Origin: Eledone cirrhosa
Taxonomy: Eukaryota
Reading direction: 5' to 3'
NCBI GenBank assembly: GCA_964016885.1
Contig: OZ024745.1
Coordinates: 88,226,001 to 88,290,000 of the forward strand
Length of the DNA: 64,000 bases
Within the stretch, counting starts at the first letter, position 1; each line of letters starts with the position of its first letter. Under the pieces are notes generated by a model. That model was not told the DNA's origin and did no database searches. It worked only from the letters and a program-made list of their open reading frames with translations. Both the position numbers and the translations under genes were made by a program. Of the stretch, positions 42,105-55,744 are shown in pieces.

Positions 42105-42465
42105 ATGCATATCTTTAATGCTATCAATAAGCGACGTAAATGATTCGGACATTGGTGTCCTTTGATCAGTATTGTGAGCTTTGACAGAGTTATCATTTAT
42201 GTTCAATGTCATTTAATGTCGTTATGAGCAATAAAAACAAACAAGTATTGGTAAAAATTGCTTTCACTGCTATGTTGCGCAATAAATATCAACAAGTATT
42301 GGTAGAAATTGCTTTCACTGCTATGAATATTCGACGTAAATGATTCAGACATTTGTGTCCTTTGATCAGTATTGTGAGCTTTGACAGAGTTATCATTTCT
42401 GTTCAATGTCATTTATTGTCGATAATGAGCAATAAAAACCAACAAGTATTGGTAGAAATTGCCTT
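42105..42465 (+). repeat. About 201-bp tandem duplication in the Helitron 3' region
   Basis: cgacgtaaatgattc.gacatt.gtgtcctttgatcagtattgtgagc occurs at 42132 and 42332. Confidence 0.9.
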
Positions 42466-43513
42466 CAAATTTATCGCTTCTCATAGCGGTGGTAATAAAA
42501 CCTCATCATATGCTGACTCTGGCAAAAAGTTTGGTGCCTATGGCCGGCCAGGGCTAGAGTAATATTGAAAAATGATTCTATTTTCGAAGTAGAAGGATCC
42601 GCCATTTGGAGTTCAAACCAGGCCACCTCCCCGAGTTGAACTCTGAGCAATATTGACTGTCTATTCCTCAGTGGCTAAGAGCCTGGAAATTACTGAATAA
42701 ATGTTTCTGTCATATAATTTGTTTTATTATTATAGCTGACCACTTATAGATAAGCATGTTATCCATATCCATATTAATTTGGCATTTGTATAAACCATTT
42801 CAAGTAAATAGGGACCTTTTTTACATTGACGGACATCTTTTATATTAATTATCTGTATCTATATCTACATATAATATAAAATATTGGAACTTCCATCATC
42901 CTTTTGAGAGACGTGGAACAACCACGTCTATACAATGATACACGTTTTACAGTCAGGCAGATGATGAACCATCTCCTAGAGGTCACTATTCTAGGTGGGA
43001 GCACCTAGAATTGTTAATATACTATGTACAAACGGTACAACGAAGAATCTGGTATATCTGGTAGATTTCTTTTACTGTTTTTTGTATCACACAGACACCA
43101 CGGACTCGCCTCATACTGTAACCAGCCAAACATCCAATACAGTCATTTTTTCTTTTACTTGTCTTCTCTTATCATCTGTTTACTCGGGCGAAACTGGGTA
43201 CGTCAGCTAGTATATATATAAACATAAACTAGTTTTCCACCAATTAAGTGACATATAATCGGTATCGATCATATTGATAATTTACCGATTAGTAGGTATC
43301 GATTTTTCCCGGTAATTTGATTTGATAATGGGACATTATTTTTTGAAGCATGAAAACCATTGTCGTCAGAATAATTCGTAACTCACATTCGATTCAACAT
43401 TTAAAAATACATTAGGAACTTTCATAATGTGCTAGGACACATATTCAAAGTGGAATTATAACTCTGTTTCTAACGCTCTAACTCGCTGATCTACACGACA
43501 TAACTCTCTGGAG

Positions 43514-43971
43514 CAGAAGTTCTAAAATATTTTAGGTCACCGCCCACTCCCTCCACTCTGAACGCCCCCAACGCTATTTCCAGAGACCAGCCTACACGAA
43601 AATTGTAAATATGAAATTGTTAATTTATATATAATATTTAATATAATTGTTTCTACATTTGGCACAAGGCCAGCAATTACTCAGTAGATTATTAGTATTT
43701 TATTTTATCGAAGCCGTAAGGATGGAAGGCAAAGTTAACCTCGGCGGGATTTGAACTCAGTTCGTAAAGTGAAGTAACTTTTTGCTGCTAAGCATGGCGT
43801 CATAGATATATATATATATATTATTTTACTTTATATATAATATGTACTATTTGATATTTAATATACTATTATATCACCTCTACCACACCTTAGGCTCCAG
43901 TGTTCCTCGAGAACTTCTCAACGCCCCCTAACAGCCCTCCACCGGGAGTGAGCCGACTTTGGGAACAGCTG
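43514..43971. mobile_element. Probable hAT (Charlie-like) MITE carrying a SINE insertion
   Basis: Ends CAGaagttctaaaa and tttgggaacagCTG, with a flanking 8-bp near-duplication ctctggag/ctctggtg. Confidence 0.5.
43643..43802 (-). mobile_element. SINE copy
   Basis: Reverse-complement match to 19160-19325. Confidence 0.85.
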
Positions 43972-45201
43972 CTCTGGTGTTTAAAGACGTCATAACTCTC
44001 CGGAGTTTAAAGGGTGTCAAAGCAAGAAAACGTTCCTCATACACAAGTGAGTGGATATATCTTTAATTAATTCTGTAAAAAATAATTTCTTTCAAGATTA
44101 TAAATGATCCGATTATGTTTGTTCAAATGTATTCAAAATATTTCCAGTAATAATGATTCATCCTATTTTAACAGTCTCAAGAAAAAACTAAACATTTATT
44201 ATCAAATTTAAGAACTTTTATTGTAAAAACATCAAAATGGCTTCATCCAAGATCCCGAATGAACTCACAGCGCAAATAAGAGCAGCAACAACAAACACCC
44301 TTTTGCATCAATGGCCAACCAAGGAAATCTGGCTGCACAAAGTGTAGCGTCAATTGTGGTGCCCAGCATGGCCTCAGCCTATCGACAGGAACACGTGATA
44401 CAGTAATTATAGGAGTACAGCTTATTTCTTACAGGATACAACTATATTTTGCCTCTCACGGAAAAGAAATCAGCTTATTTCTCTCATCTTCCGCTCCCAA
44501 TTAGTAGCTATGTATAATATGTTACATATTGGGTCGTCAAGTATGACATTTGTAGAAATTTCTAGAAGCAAAATAAATTTCTACAAATTTCATTCTTGAA
44601 GACCCAATGCATTAGTTTATAATAAACATTTTCGTATCACATTACATAATTATATTAAAGATGATCAACGGCCAGTTAATGGTCATCAACCAATAAGGGA
44701 AGACGAAAAAATCGGTAATCGTCCGATTTGCTTATTTATGCCTATCTACTGAAATATCTATATACATATTTTCCCTCAGTACGCCTCCACAAAAATCTAT
44801 ATACTATCTTTCTTGAACTATGATACCTTTTTCACATAAACAGACAAACAATGAATTTGTTGTCATAATTGATAAAACAGCTATTTACTTCGACGAGAAA
44901 AAATATCAAGCTTGTTTGCATTTTGTAATATTTCCAACTAGGATGAAAAGAAGAGAACCTATAACGATATAAATGACATGGACACCTGAATAGTATTTAC
45001 CTTGATGATAGATAACAGTTTCTTTGGAAATATTGATTCATTTGCAGTAAGTGATTTCGCTTCAATTCCTCAGCAGTTAAAGTAGGATACAATGGAATGC
45101 GCACTTAACACAGAGATACAGATGAATGTCGAACTCCATGTTGGCAGCAAAACTTGTGTGTGTATATATATACCTATATGTATGTATGTATGTATGTATG
45201 T

Positions 45202-45616
45202 ATTCTAGGAGAAGGAAAACTCTGATATAACACCTGCAACTCTGATGGTATCCAATGATGTTGACTTCTTCTTTTTTGGTAAATATCATCTTGGTTAAGA
45301 GAGTGGGAATTGCTTTGTTCAGTGCCTTTACTCACTATAAAAGCTTCACGACACAGGCATTGCTTTATATCTGGAGATCTCTCTGCACTTGTCGTCACAT
45401 GGTACCATGGGCCCAGCACTATGTGTCAATAATTGTCACAAGTGTATTGTTGTACCAAAGCTTTCGAGTCGCTGGCTGGACTAAGAAGTCACACTCGTTC
45501 AGCGCATCGGTGGGGGTTCTACTACATGGATATAAAGTAGTGGCCGTACTCGAAAACGAGTTAGCAGCCACCAAATGTATGTATATATATATGTATGTAT
45601 ATATATATGTATGTAA

Positions 45617-45700
<84 letters not shown>

Positions 45701-45821
45701 GTATGTATGTGTATATATATATATATGTATGTATACGTATATATATATATGTATGTATGTGTATATATATATATGTATGTATACATATATATGTATGTAT
45801 ATGTGTATGTATATGTGTATG

Positions 45822-45895
<74 letters not shown>

Positions 45896-46952
45896 TATGT
45901 ATGTATATATGTATATATATATATGTATGTATATATATATATGTATGTATATATATATGTATGTATATATATATGTATGTATATATATATGTATGTATAT
46001 ATGTATGTATGTATGTATGTATATATGTATATATATATGTATATATATATATATATATGTATGTATATATATATATGTATGTATATATATATGTGTATAT
46101 ATATGTAAGTATGTATGTATGTATGTATGTCAGGGCACCAGTTGGTGCTACTGGTAACATGTATCCCAGTACAACCTGTCTCATGGTAGGGTCGTTGGTG
46201 ACTAAACTGGCAACCCCACCAAGGTTTCTTGGTGAGGAGGGTGACTTTGGAGATCCTGCAGGACTAAAAACAAAATCTGTCAAAGGTCAAAGCAGCTCTT
46301 AAGAGTCGATGGCCATCCAAAATCACCGGGAGAGATGACCCCTTAGCCTTTGTCAAGGCAGAATTCTAGAAGAAAACTCTGATATAACACCTGCAACTCT
46401 GATGGTATCCAATGATGTTGACTTGTTCTTCTTTTTGGTAAATATCATGTTGGTTAAGAGAGTGGGACTGACTTTGCTCATTATAAAAGCTTCACGGCAA
46501 AGGCATTGCTCTATATCTGGAGATCTCTCTGCACTTGTCGTTACATGGTACCATGGGCCCAGCACTATGTGTCAATAATTGTCACAAGTGTAGTGTTTGT
46601 ATCAGAGTTTTCAAGTCGCCGGCTGGAATAAAAAGTCACAGTCGTTCAGCGCATCGGTAGGGGTTCTCCTACATGGATATAAAGTATTGGCCGTACTCGA
46701 AAACGAGTTGGCAGCCACCATGTATATATATGTATGTAAATATATGTATGTATGTATGTATATATATGTATATATATATATATGTATGTATATATGTATG
46801 TATGTATATATATATATATATGTATGTATATATGTATGTATGCATATATGTTTGTATGTATATATGTATGTATATATATATGTATGTATATATATATGTA
46901 TGTATATATATATGTATGTATATATATATGTATCTATATATATATATGTATG

Positions 46953-47017
<65 letters not shown>

Positions 47018-47108
47018 ATATATTTGTATGTATGTCTGTATGTATGTATATATATATATATATATTTGTATGTATGTCTGTATGTATGTATATATATATA
47101 TATATGTG

Positions 47109-47151
<43 letters not shown>

Positions 47152-47791
47152 ATATGTATGTATGTATATATATATATGTCAGGTCACCAGTTGGTGCTAC
47201 TGGTAACATGTATCCCAGCACAACCTGTCTCATGGTCGGGTCGTTGGCGACTAAACTGGCAACCCCAACAAGGTTTGTTGGTGAGGAGGGTGACTTTGGA
47301 GATCCTGCAGGACTAAAAACAAAACCTGTCAAAGGGTAAAGCAGCTCTTAAGTGTCAATGGCCATCCAAAATCACCGGGAGAGATGACCCCTTAGCCTTT
47401 GTCAAGGCATAATTCTAGGAGAAGGAAAACTCTGATATAACATCTGCAACCCTGATGGTATCCAATGATGTTGACTTGTTCTTCTTTTTGGTAAATATCA
47501 TCTTGGTTAAGAGAGTGGGACTGGTTTTGTGCAGTACCTTGGCTCACTATAAAAGCTTCACGGCACAGGTATTTCTTTATATCTGGAGATCTCTGATCTC
47601 TTAGCACTTGTCGTCACATGGTCCCATGGGCCCAGCACTATGTGTCAATAAGTGTCACAATTGTAGTGTTTGTACCAGACTTTTCAAGTCGCTGGCCGGA
47701 CTAAAAAGTCACACTCGTTCAGCGCATCGGTAGGGGTTCTCCTACATGGATATAAAGTAGTGGCCGTACTCGAAAACGAATTGACAGCCAC

Positions 47792-47828
<37 letters not shown>

Positions 47829-48528
47829 ATATATGTATATATATAAATATATATATATGTATATATGTATGTATATATATATATATATGTATGTATATAT
47901 GTATGTATATATATATATGTATGTCAGGTCACCAGTTGGTGCTACTGGTAACGTGTATTCCAGTACAACGTGTCCCATGGTCGGGTCTTGCGAACTAAAC
48001 TGGCAACCCCAACAAGGTTTGTTTGTGAGGAGGGTGACTTTGGACATCCTGCAGGAGTAAAAACAAACATGTCAAAGGGCAAAGGTGCTCTTAAGAATCA
48101 ATGCCCATCCAAAATCACCGGGAGAGATGACCCCTTAGCCTTTGTCAAGGCATAATTCTAGGAGAAGGAAAACTCTGATATAACACCTGAAACTCTGATG
48201 GTATCCAATGATGTTGACTTGTTCTTCGTTTTAGTAAATATCATCTTGGTTAAGTGAGTGGGACTGGCTTTGTGCAGTGCCTTTGCTCACTATAAAAGCT
48301 TCACGGCACAGGCCTTGCTTTATATCTGGAGATCTCTCGGCACTTGTCGTCACATGGTACCATGATCCCAGCACTATGTGTCAATAATTATCACAAGTGT
48401 AGTGTTTGTACCAGAGTTTTCAAGTTGCTGGCTGGACTAAAAATTCATACTCGTTCAGCGCATCTGTAGGGGTTCTCCTACGTGGATATAAATTAGTGGC
48501 CGTACTCGAAAACGAGTTGGCAGCCACT
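45202..48528 (+). mobile_element. Head-to-tail array of four about 600-bp non-autonomous RTE-derived elements separated by (ATGT)/(AT) tails
   Basis: Units at 45202-45573 (5'-truncated), 46129-46720, 47178-47793 and 47923-48528. They carry an RTE-like 5' UTR motif ctaggagaaggaaaactctga, and the 3' part reads [23 protein letters not shown] (C2H2 end typical of RTE ORFs). Confidence 0.8.
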
Positions 48529-48783
48529 ATGTATGTATGTATGTATGTATGTATGTATGTATGTATGTATGTATGTATGTATGTATGTATGTATGTATTT
48601 TTTTATGTTCGTATATATATATATATATATTTGTAACCGCTCTGCTTATATTCTCGCCCGCTAAATATTAACGCTTCCGATATTTAACCCTGTAGGTACA
48701 AGTATTGACCACAAATGCAACAGCTTTTGTCAATTAACTATATGTATCGCTTATCCCTTTAAAACTCTTCTCGATGCGAAAAT

Positions 48784-49582
<799 letters not shown>

Positions 49583-50109
49583 TTATTAAAATAACAGATA
49601 CAAATTTAAGCAAAGAATCGCTGCTTTCACCCTTAACAGGATCTTCTGAATCTAAAACAGTCAATCTGTGGACGAAGAAGTAAATATTTCAAAAAACGTT
49701 GCAACCGAAGGAAGACAGGAAGACGATATTTTGGTTCGTGGAAACGTTCCCTGGCAAAGAACGGAAAAAACGAAGATAATACGTCATTATTTGCGGCTGT
49801 GAAAACAATTACACGCAAAGACAAAACCACGTTTATGGTATAAATGAAGCCGTAGACTAAAATTCTATTTAGGAAACCGAATGATTCTCGGCTTCAGAGG
49901 TAAGATTAAAGTAAATTAAATACAGAGGTAATTGAAATTAAATATATACATACGCGCATCCAAATACGTACAAAGACAAACATACGCGAAAACACTCGCC
50001 AGCACGTACACATAAAAACACGTATCCACATACAGAACCCACGCAACGCCATTACCCGCACACATACGAACGTATACACCAAATACACATAAAAAATATA
50101 TATAAAAAA

Positions 50110-50519
50110 TATCAAATATATATCTGGGTGTAGTTATATGACGGTTTATTTTCGAATCCTTAAGTCAATTAGAAATAGTCAATTAATCAAATATATATAT
50201 TCCAGCGCATCCGGATGACCGTTAGATTTCGAATATTTATGTTAGTTAGAAATAGTGAATTAGTCTAATAGCATAATATTTCTGATTATAAAATTTATAA
50301 GGATTTATATTATAGTATAATATCATATTTAAAGTATTTGCAAACATGAGAAAGAAGAGATTTAAGATTTTTTTCATCCCGAAGATAATCCAAATTAAAT
50401 TTTATTAAAAAATTGTTTTTATATATTAAAGAACTTAATTAACTTAATGATTCTAATTAACTTAAAGATTCGAAAATAAACCGTCATATAACTACACCCA
50501 GATATATATTTGATATTTT
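50110..50519. repeat. About 55-bp inverted repeat around an AT-rich spacer
   Basis: 50110-50165 vs 50460-50519. Confidence 0.85.
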
Positions 50520-51040
50520 GATTGATTGATTATTTCTAGATAATTTAACGACTCGAAATTATTCATTCATAAAGCTATGCCCAAATATATATTTATATAT
50601 ATATATTTGCATAATCTAATTATACGCTATTTATAAACGACAATACAAATCTCCCTCCCTTTGTTTTACACTATAAAAATTATTTTCTCCTCGTCTCTCT
50701 ATACTTAATCAATTTTCTTTTGCTTTCGTGCATAAGATAATTCTATACTTCTAGTCACTCTCTTTTTCCTCATCTGTTTCTCTATCTGTCTTTCACTTCT
50801 TCTTTCTTCAATAATTTAAATTATTTAAATTTCTAACGGTTATGTTGGTTTATATTATATTAGTAGTTGTTTATTATTATGTATCTTTATAAGCTTTCTC
50901 ACACGCACCCTCTGTATTATATGTAATTTTTTCATGTCTCAATCTTAAGGTATATAAATATTGAGCTTTGTCCTATCTTATTCACTGCCATGACTGAATT
51001 TTAACCATCTACTTAGACAAGTTATGTCATGCATCATCTT

Positions 51041-51103
51041 ATTTTATCTGATGAGGACGTACTGTTGAAGATAGCTCAGTACCTCTGAAATATGTACAAT
51101 AAA
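51041..51103 (+). ncRNA. Hammerhead-like motif in a solo Naiad pLTR (about 50540-51250)
   Basis: attttat-CTGATGA-g..gtactg...cagtac..-GAAATATGTA-caataaa, in the same context as 26554 and 33374. Confidence 0.65.
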
Positions 51104-51269
51104 TATACTTGATAACAGGAATGTCTATTTTTGTTAATATTTTGAATTAATATTAATAACTCCGGAAAACTATAAACTGTGGAGTGTTTCTAATCAATTG
51201 TAAAACTTTATTCATTGATTTATTCATTGAACGTTGTTTAACCTTTAAATATATATATATACATATATG

Positions 51270-51850
51270 TATTCAGAGTTCAATCGGGGGTAACCACTGT
51301 GAGTAAGGTACTCAATACATATAAATATTTAATATAGAAATGGCTTCTACAGGACTAGAACTCTTTCACTCGAATGAAATCGTCAGGAATCATCATCGAA
51401 TAAAACAGTTCTAGTCCCGTAGAAGCCATTTCTATATTATATATATATATACATATTATCCAGGGTTCAATCGGGGGTAACCACAGTAAGTAAGGTACTC
51501 AATACAGTGCAGAGTATTAATGTTTAATATAGATAAGCTTCTACAGGACTAGAACTGTTTCATTCCTGAGAAATCATCAAGAAACTAACTGTCCAAGTAA
51601 ATATGGTGGTATATCTTTTCTGGTGGTAGGGGTGGGTGGGGATTGGGGTGGCTGGAGGTCATTGGTTGATGGGTTTAAAGAAAAGGGAATTCTTTAAAAG
51701 CTAATTCTTTAAAACTATAATTTATATTTAGTGACAAAGGCAGAAAGAATTCTATAAACAGGTTCAGATTGGAGGGTCACTCCTTATATTTAAGTTTCTC
51801 TTAAGCTAACAATGCCTATATTTCAGGTGTCTGCAAGCACATTCACACAA

Positions 51851-51901
<51 letters not shown>

Positions 51902-52109
51902 CATATACAAACACACATATATGTATATATATATATTTATATAGGAACAAGTATGACCCCGACGACAGAGGTGAAGCCGTTTCGACGGCTATTTCTGGAC
52001 TAAATCTGCCGTCGGGGTCATACTTGTTCCTATTACCCACTCTACTATCCTAAGTATTGAGTAATTAGGTGCGTTATGGTCCATCTGGTTCCTTATCACA
52101 ATTCCTTCG

Positions 52110-52149
<40 letters not shown>

Positions 52150-52835
52150 ATAAATATTTAAAAAATCCTTTCACTCCCTCACACTCGCAAAAACCACACT
52201 CTTATGCCCATATATGTATATATATACACACACATATATATATATATATCTAGACATATATATACACGTATTAACTTATATATATATATATATAATCTGT
52301 CGACCACTCAGTCTTGAACTTAAGTTCTCTTATCGAGTGGTCTTGGATTTCCTTACCTTAAGTTGCTCGCACATTGCTCGTTCTTTTTTTTTTTCGCTGT
52401 TGGTTTACTGTTTTCTCTTTTCTTACCTTTTGCTTTCCTTCCCCCCCTCCTCATTTTCCCAATAACTTATCCAGTTATTGACGCTCTCGGCTGTAGATAA
52501 ATTGTCTTTAAAGCGGCGAAATATTCGAGACCCCCAGTAGACAACTGATGAAGGACCCCCGTCCCTCGTCCTTGCTTTCTTCGTATTCCCACTGCATTTT
52601 AAGTTAGTATAATTATATATGTACACATATTAAATTATAGCTTTAAAGAATTAGCTTTGAAAGAATTCCCTTTTCTTTAAACCCATCAACCAATTACCTC
52701 CACCTACCCCAATCCCCACCCTCCCCTACCACCAGAAAATATATAAATACCATATTTACTTGGACAATCAGCTACCTGATGATTTCTCACGAATGAAACA
52801 GTTCTAGTCCTGTAGAAGCGTTTCTATATTAAATA
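51270..52835. repeat. Nested inverted pLTR-like modules with HHR cores
   Basis: Hairpin 51331-51438, and 51520-51722 inverted at 52632-52833. Cores: CTGATGA-tttc(tcac)gaat-GAAAC at 52776-52799 (+), CTGACGA...GAAA at 51364-51386 (-), and TTGATGA...GAAAC at 51557-51580 (-). Confidence 0.8.
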
Positions 52836-53998
52836 TATATATATGGTAAAATGTTTGACCCCGACGGCTGAGCTCTGCCGCCGGAGTCAACATTTTCCTA
52901 TTAACCCACTCTAAAACCCTAAGTATTGAGTACTCTGGTGCGTTATGGTCCAACTGGTTCCTTACTACACCTCCTTTGTTATATATATATATACAAAGAG
53001 GGTATGGTAGGATACCAGTTGAACCATAATGCAGTAGTGGGCGATGTTGGTGCTTGTTGCCGTTGCCATTGTTGTTGTTACTATTTATGGTCATGGTGAT
53101 TGATACCACCAACTCTGTGTACCCACCTACCTCTAAACTCCTTTTTATTGCTTTGGCGTTATCGCTGTTTATTGTCGACAGTGTGGTACCGTCACTGCGA
53201 CGACCTCGACCTGTATACACGACGCTGGTCTGTGTTTTTCCTGTTGTTGTCGTTTGTTGCTAATGTTGTCGTTGTAAGTGTTTTACTGTAGCTGTTGCTT
53301 TAGTTGTTGTTGCGACCAGTGTGGACAACATTGGTCGGCGGTTTGATGGTGTTGTTGTTGTTGTAGTTGTCGTTATTGTTGTTGTTGTAATTGTTGTCTA
53401 TAGGTGGTTGTCAACAAAATATATACCCCACCCCCTCAGAGCTCCATTTATTGCTTCAACTGTCTACTGGGTTTTGGCTGCACGCAGTTCTTCGTTCTTT
53501 TCGTCTTTTTTCGTTGATAGCTTTTTCTAACAAAGGACGGCTGGCAAACCCTTCAAGGAACTCATATGTATGCTGGGCACACAGGCATTAGGATGTGTGT
53601 TTTCCTGCCAGCGACATATCAAATATATCTATTTTCATCTGAGGAAACCGTTCTCACAATCAACAGAAAATACATGAAGGACATCTCGATTGCATAGAGA
53701 ACCGTGGAAATAATTATTATGATTAAACGATATATGTAACCTTAGCATCTTATTTTGTTATATATATATATACGTTTATATGTATGTATATATGTATGTA
53801 TGCATGTACTAGAAAGCGAGAGGGAGAGAGATTGAGGGTGAGAGAGAGAAACATATGTGAGGTAGAGAATGCAGCTCAATGAGATACTGGTTTTGAATGG
53901 GTTTACTACTTATTTCGAGGTTCCACCACTGTTATCGTCTTTTTAAGCAGTAAATTTTGAAACGAGACACTAATAGCGGTAAAACTCCGAAACAAACA

Positions 53999-54062
<64 letters not shown>

Positions 54063-54344
54063 GATAGAGAGTTAAGCAATAACAATTTTCTAGAAGCAAG
54101 GTTTATTCGGATACACATCTAAAAAAAATGTTTAGTGGCGACAATGAGAATTGCATGTATATTTTATGTATATATTTCTTTCATATTTCGAAATAGAACC
54201 ACGGGGAATAATAAAGTTATTCATATGTTATTTTGTCCTTTCCCCTCATCTCAAATTTATATATTTCTTATCTTTGTATGTCATCTACAATATTGTTCTC
54301 CTTCTATTACATTAATGTATAATACGACATATTATGTTACTTTC

Positions 54345-54433
54345 ATGTGCTTTTCATCCTTACGGGTCGATAAAATATAGTACCAGTAATGCACTGGGTA
54401 TTGCTGGCCTTGTGCCAAAAGTAGAAACAATTA
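54345..54433 (+). mobile_element. SINE 3' half
   Basis: ttttcatccttacgggtcgataaaatatagtaccag...gtagaaacaattatt. Confidence 0.85.
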
Positions 54434-55744
54434 TTTATATTATATGTTGTATATTATTGTCTCATATATTCCATTGTATTATTTTCCTTTGGTGTAATTT
54501 TCTTTTTCCTGTGATATTCTTATATATGAAGAGTGTATTGTCTATGATGTGCACATTGTAATGAATATTGTATTCATATAAACACACATATTATTTTACT
54601 AATATATATGATATATACACTGTGCATATATTTTGTGTTGCATTTCCTGTGTTCTGTATTTAATATATTTGAAATTCTATATCTCGCTTTATGATATAAT
54701 TTATTGTAATATCAATTATTAAAATAAATATTATTATATCGTTAATTATTTGTGTACACACACAATATTTCTTTCTTAATTTGTGATGTGTAATACGTAT
54801 AAGCACAAGTAAATGTGTAATCAAGCGCGAAGATGTTCTTGTTAAATCACAGAAGACAAATAAAGTAGTGTACTTATTTCAGCTGTATCAATCAGCCAGA
54901 AAAATATAATGTCAAGCTGGTTATATTTGTGTAGCTTTTTACATTTGTCATCCTTGAAAGTTAACATTTTTAGTGGTGAAATAGAAAGAAAGTAACGCCC
55001 AAACGAATATCCTCCACTTCCAACTAACTTATCCCGGCCGACAAAATGGAGAATACAATGACCCAAGGAAGGCGATGGAAACGTACGGGAACAGTCACTT
55101 CGCGTAAAGAAACAATCTATATTCAGAACCCTAAAGTGGGGGTACGGATTTTGAATTTATGCTAATTTAAATTCTCACCGATTGATAAATCTTAAATAAC
55201 GGGAAAAATTGTCAGCCACCCTTTTGACGTTATGGTAACACAGCTGCTCAGTACACAGGAAGTGTTGTCCATTTCTTTCTGACTCCATGGACGTACAACC
55301 CCAAATTATTATATCATTTTTCATACAAAAAAAAAAAAAAAAGGACGTTGAAACTGTTAACTGTTAATTTTATGTTTGCATGAATTCAAAATTCGAAACC
55401 TGCTCTCCAGTTCTAAAATGTCGTTTACCATATACTTCCTTGAAGATCGAAATTACTCGAACGCGATCACTATCCCAAAGCGTCAATATAATTGTAGTTA
55501 TCATATAATCCTCGAGCTTGATACCAATAAAATTGAGGAGGTATATTATGCAAATCGACCTTGAAAAACAAATTGCTCTTCATCACAAGATTATCCGGCT
55601 AGGCAATCCATATATACACAGAAAAATAATGTCTGTCTTAAACTCTTAAACACTTGCTGAGACTGGCAGACATTATAAGACCCAGTAATCATAGTTACTA
55701 CGTATTAGCAACAACAACAACAAGACGAATAATAATAATAATAA

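Larger units (their letters stand above)
37316..43210 (+). mobile_element. Autonomous-type Helitron, decayed
   Basis: RepHel coding remnant, 3' hairpin plus CTAG at 43207-43210, and (TA)n on both sides. Confidence 0.92.

Noticed and set aside
45202-48528. CRISPR-like repeat-spacer array or tandem C2H2 zinc-finger gene
   Set aside because: The repeats are about 600 bp with microsatellite spacers and there are no cas genes. Each unit has a single finger followed by a stop and an RTE-like tail.
52545-52575. CTGATGA plus aggac/gtcct stem as a hammerhead
   Set aside because: The GAAA half-core is missing after the stem. Similarly degenerate cores at about 18935-18960 (-), 24040-24070 (+) and 49620-49650 (-) were not called.
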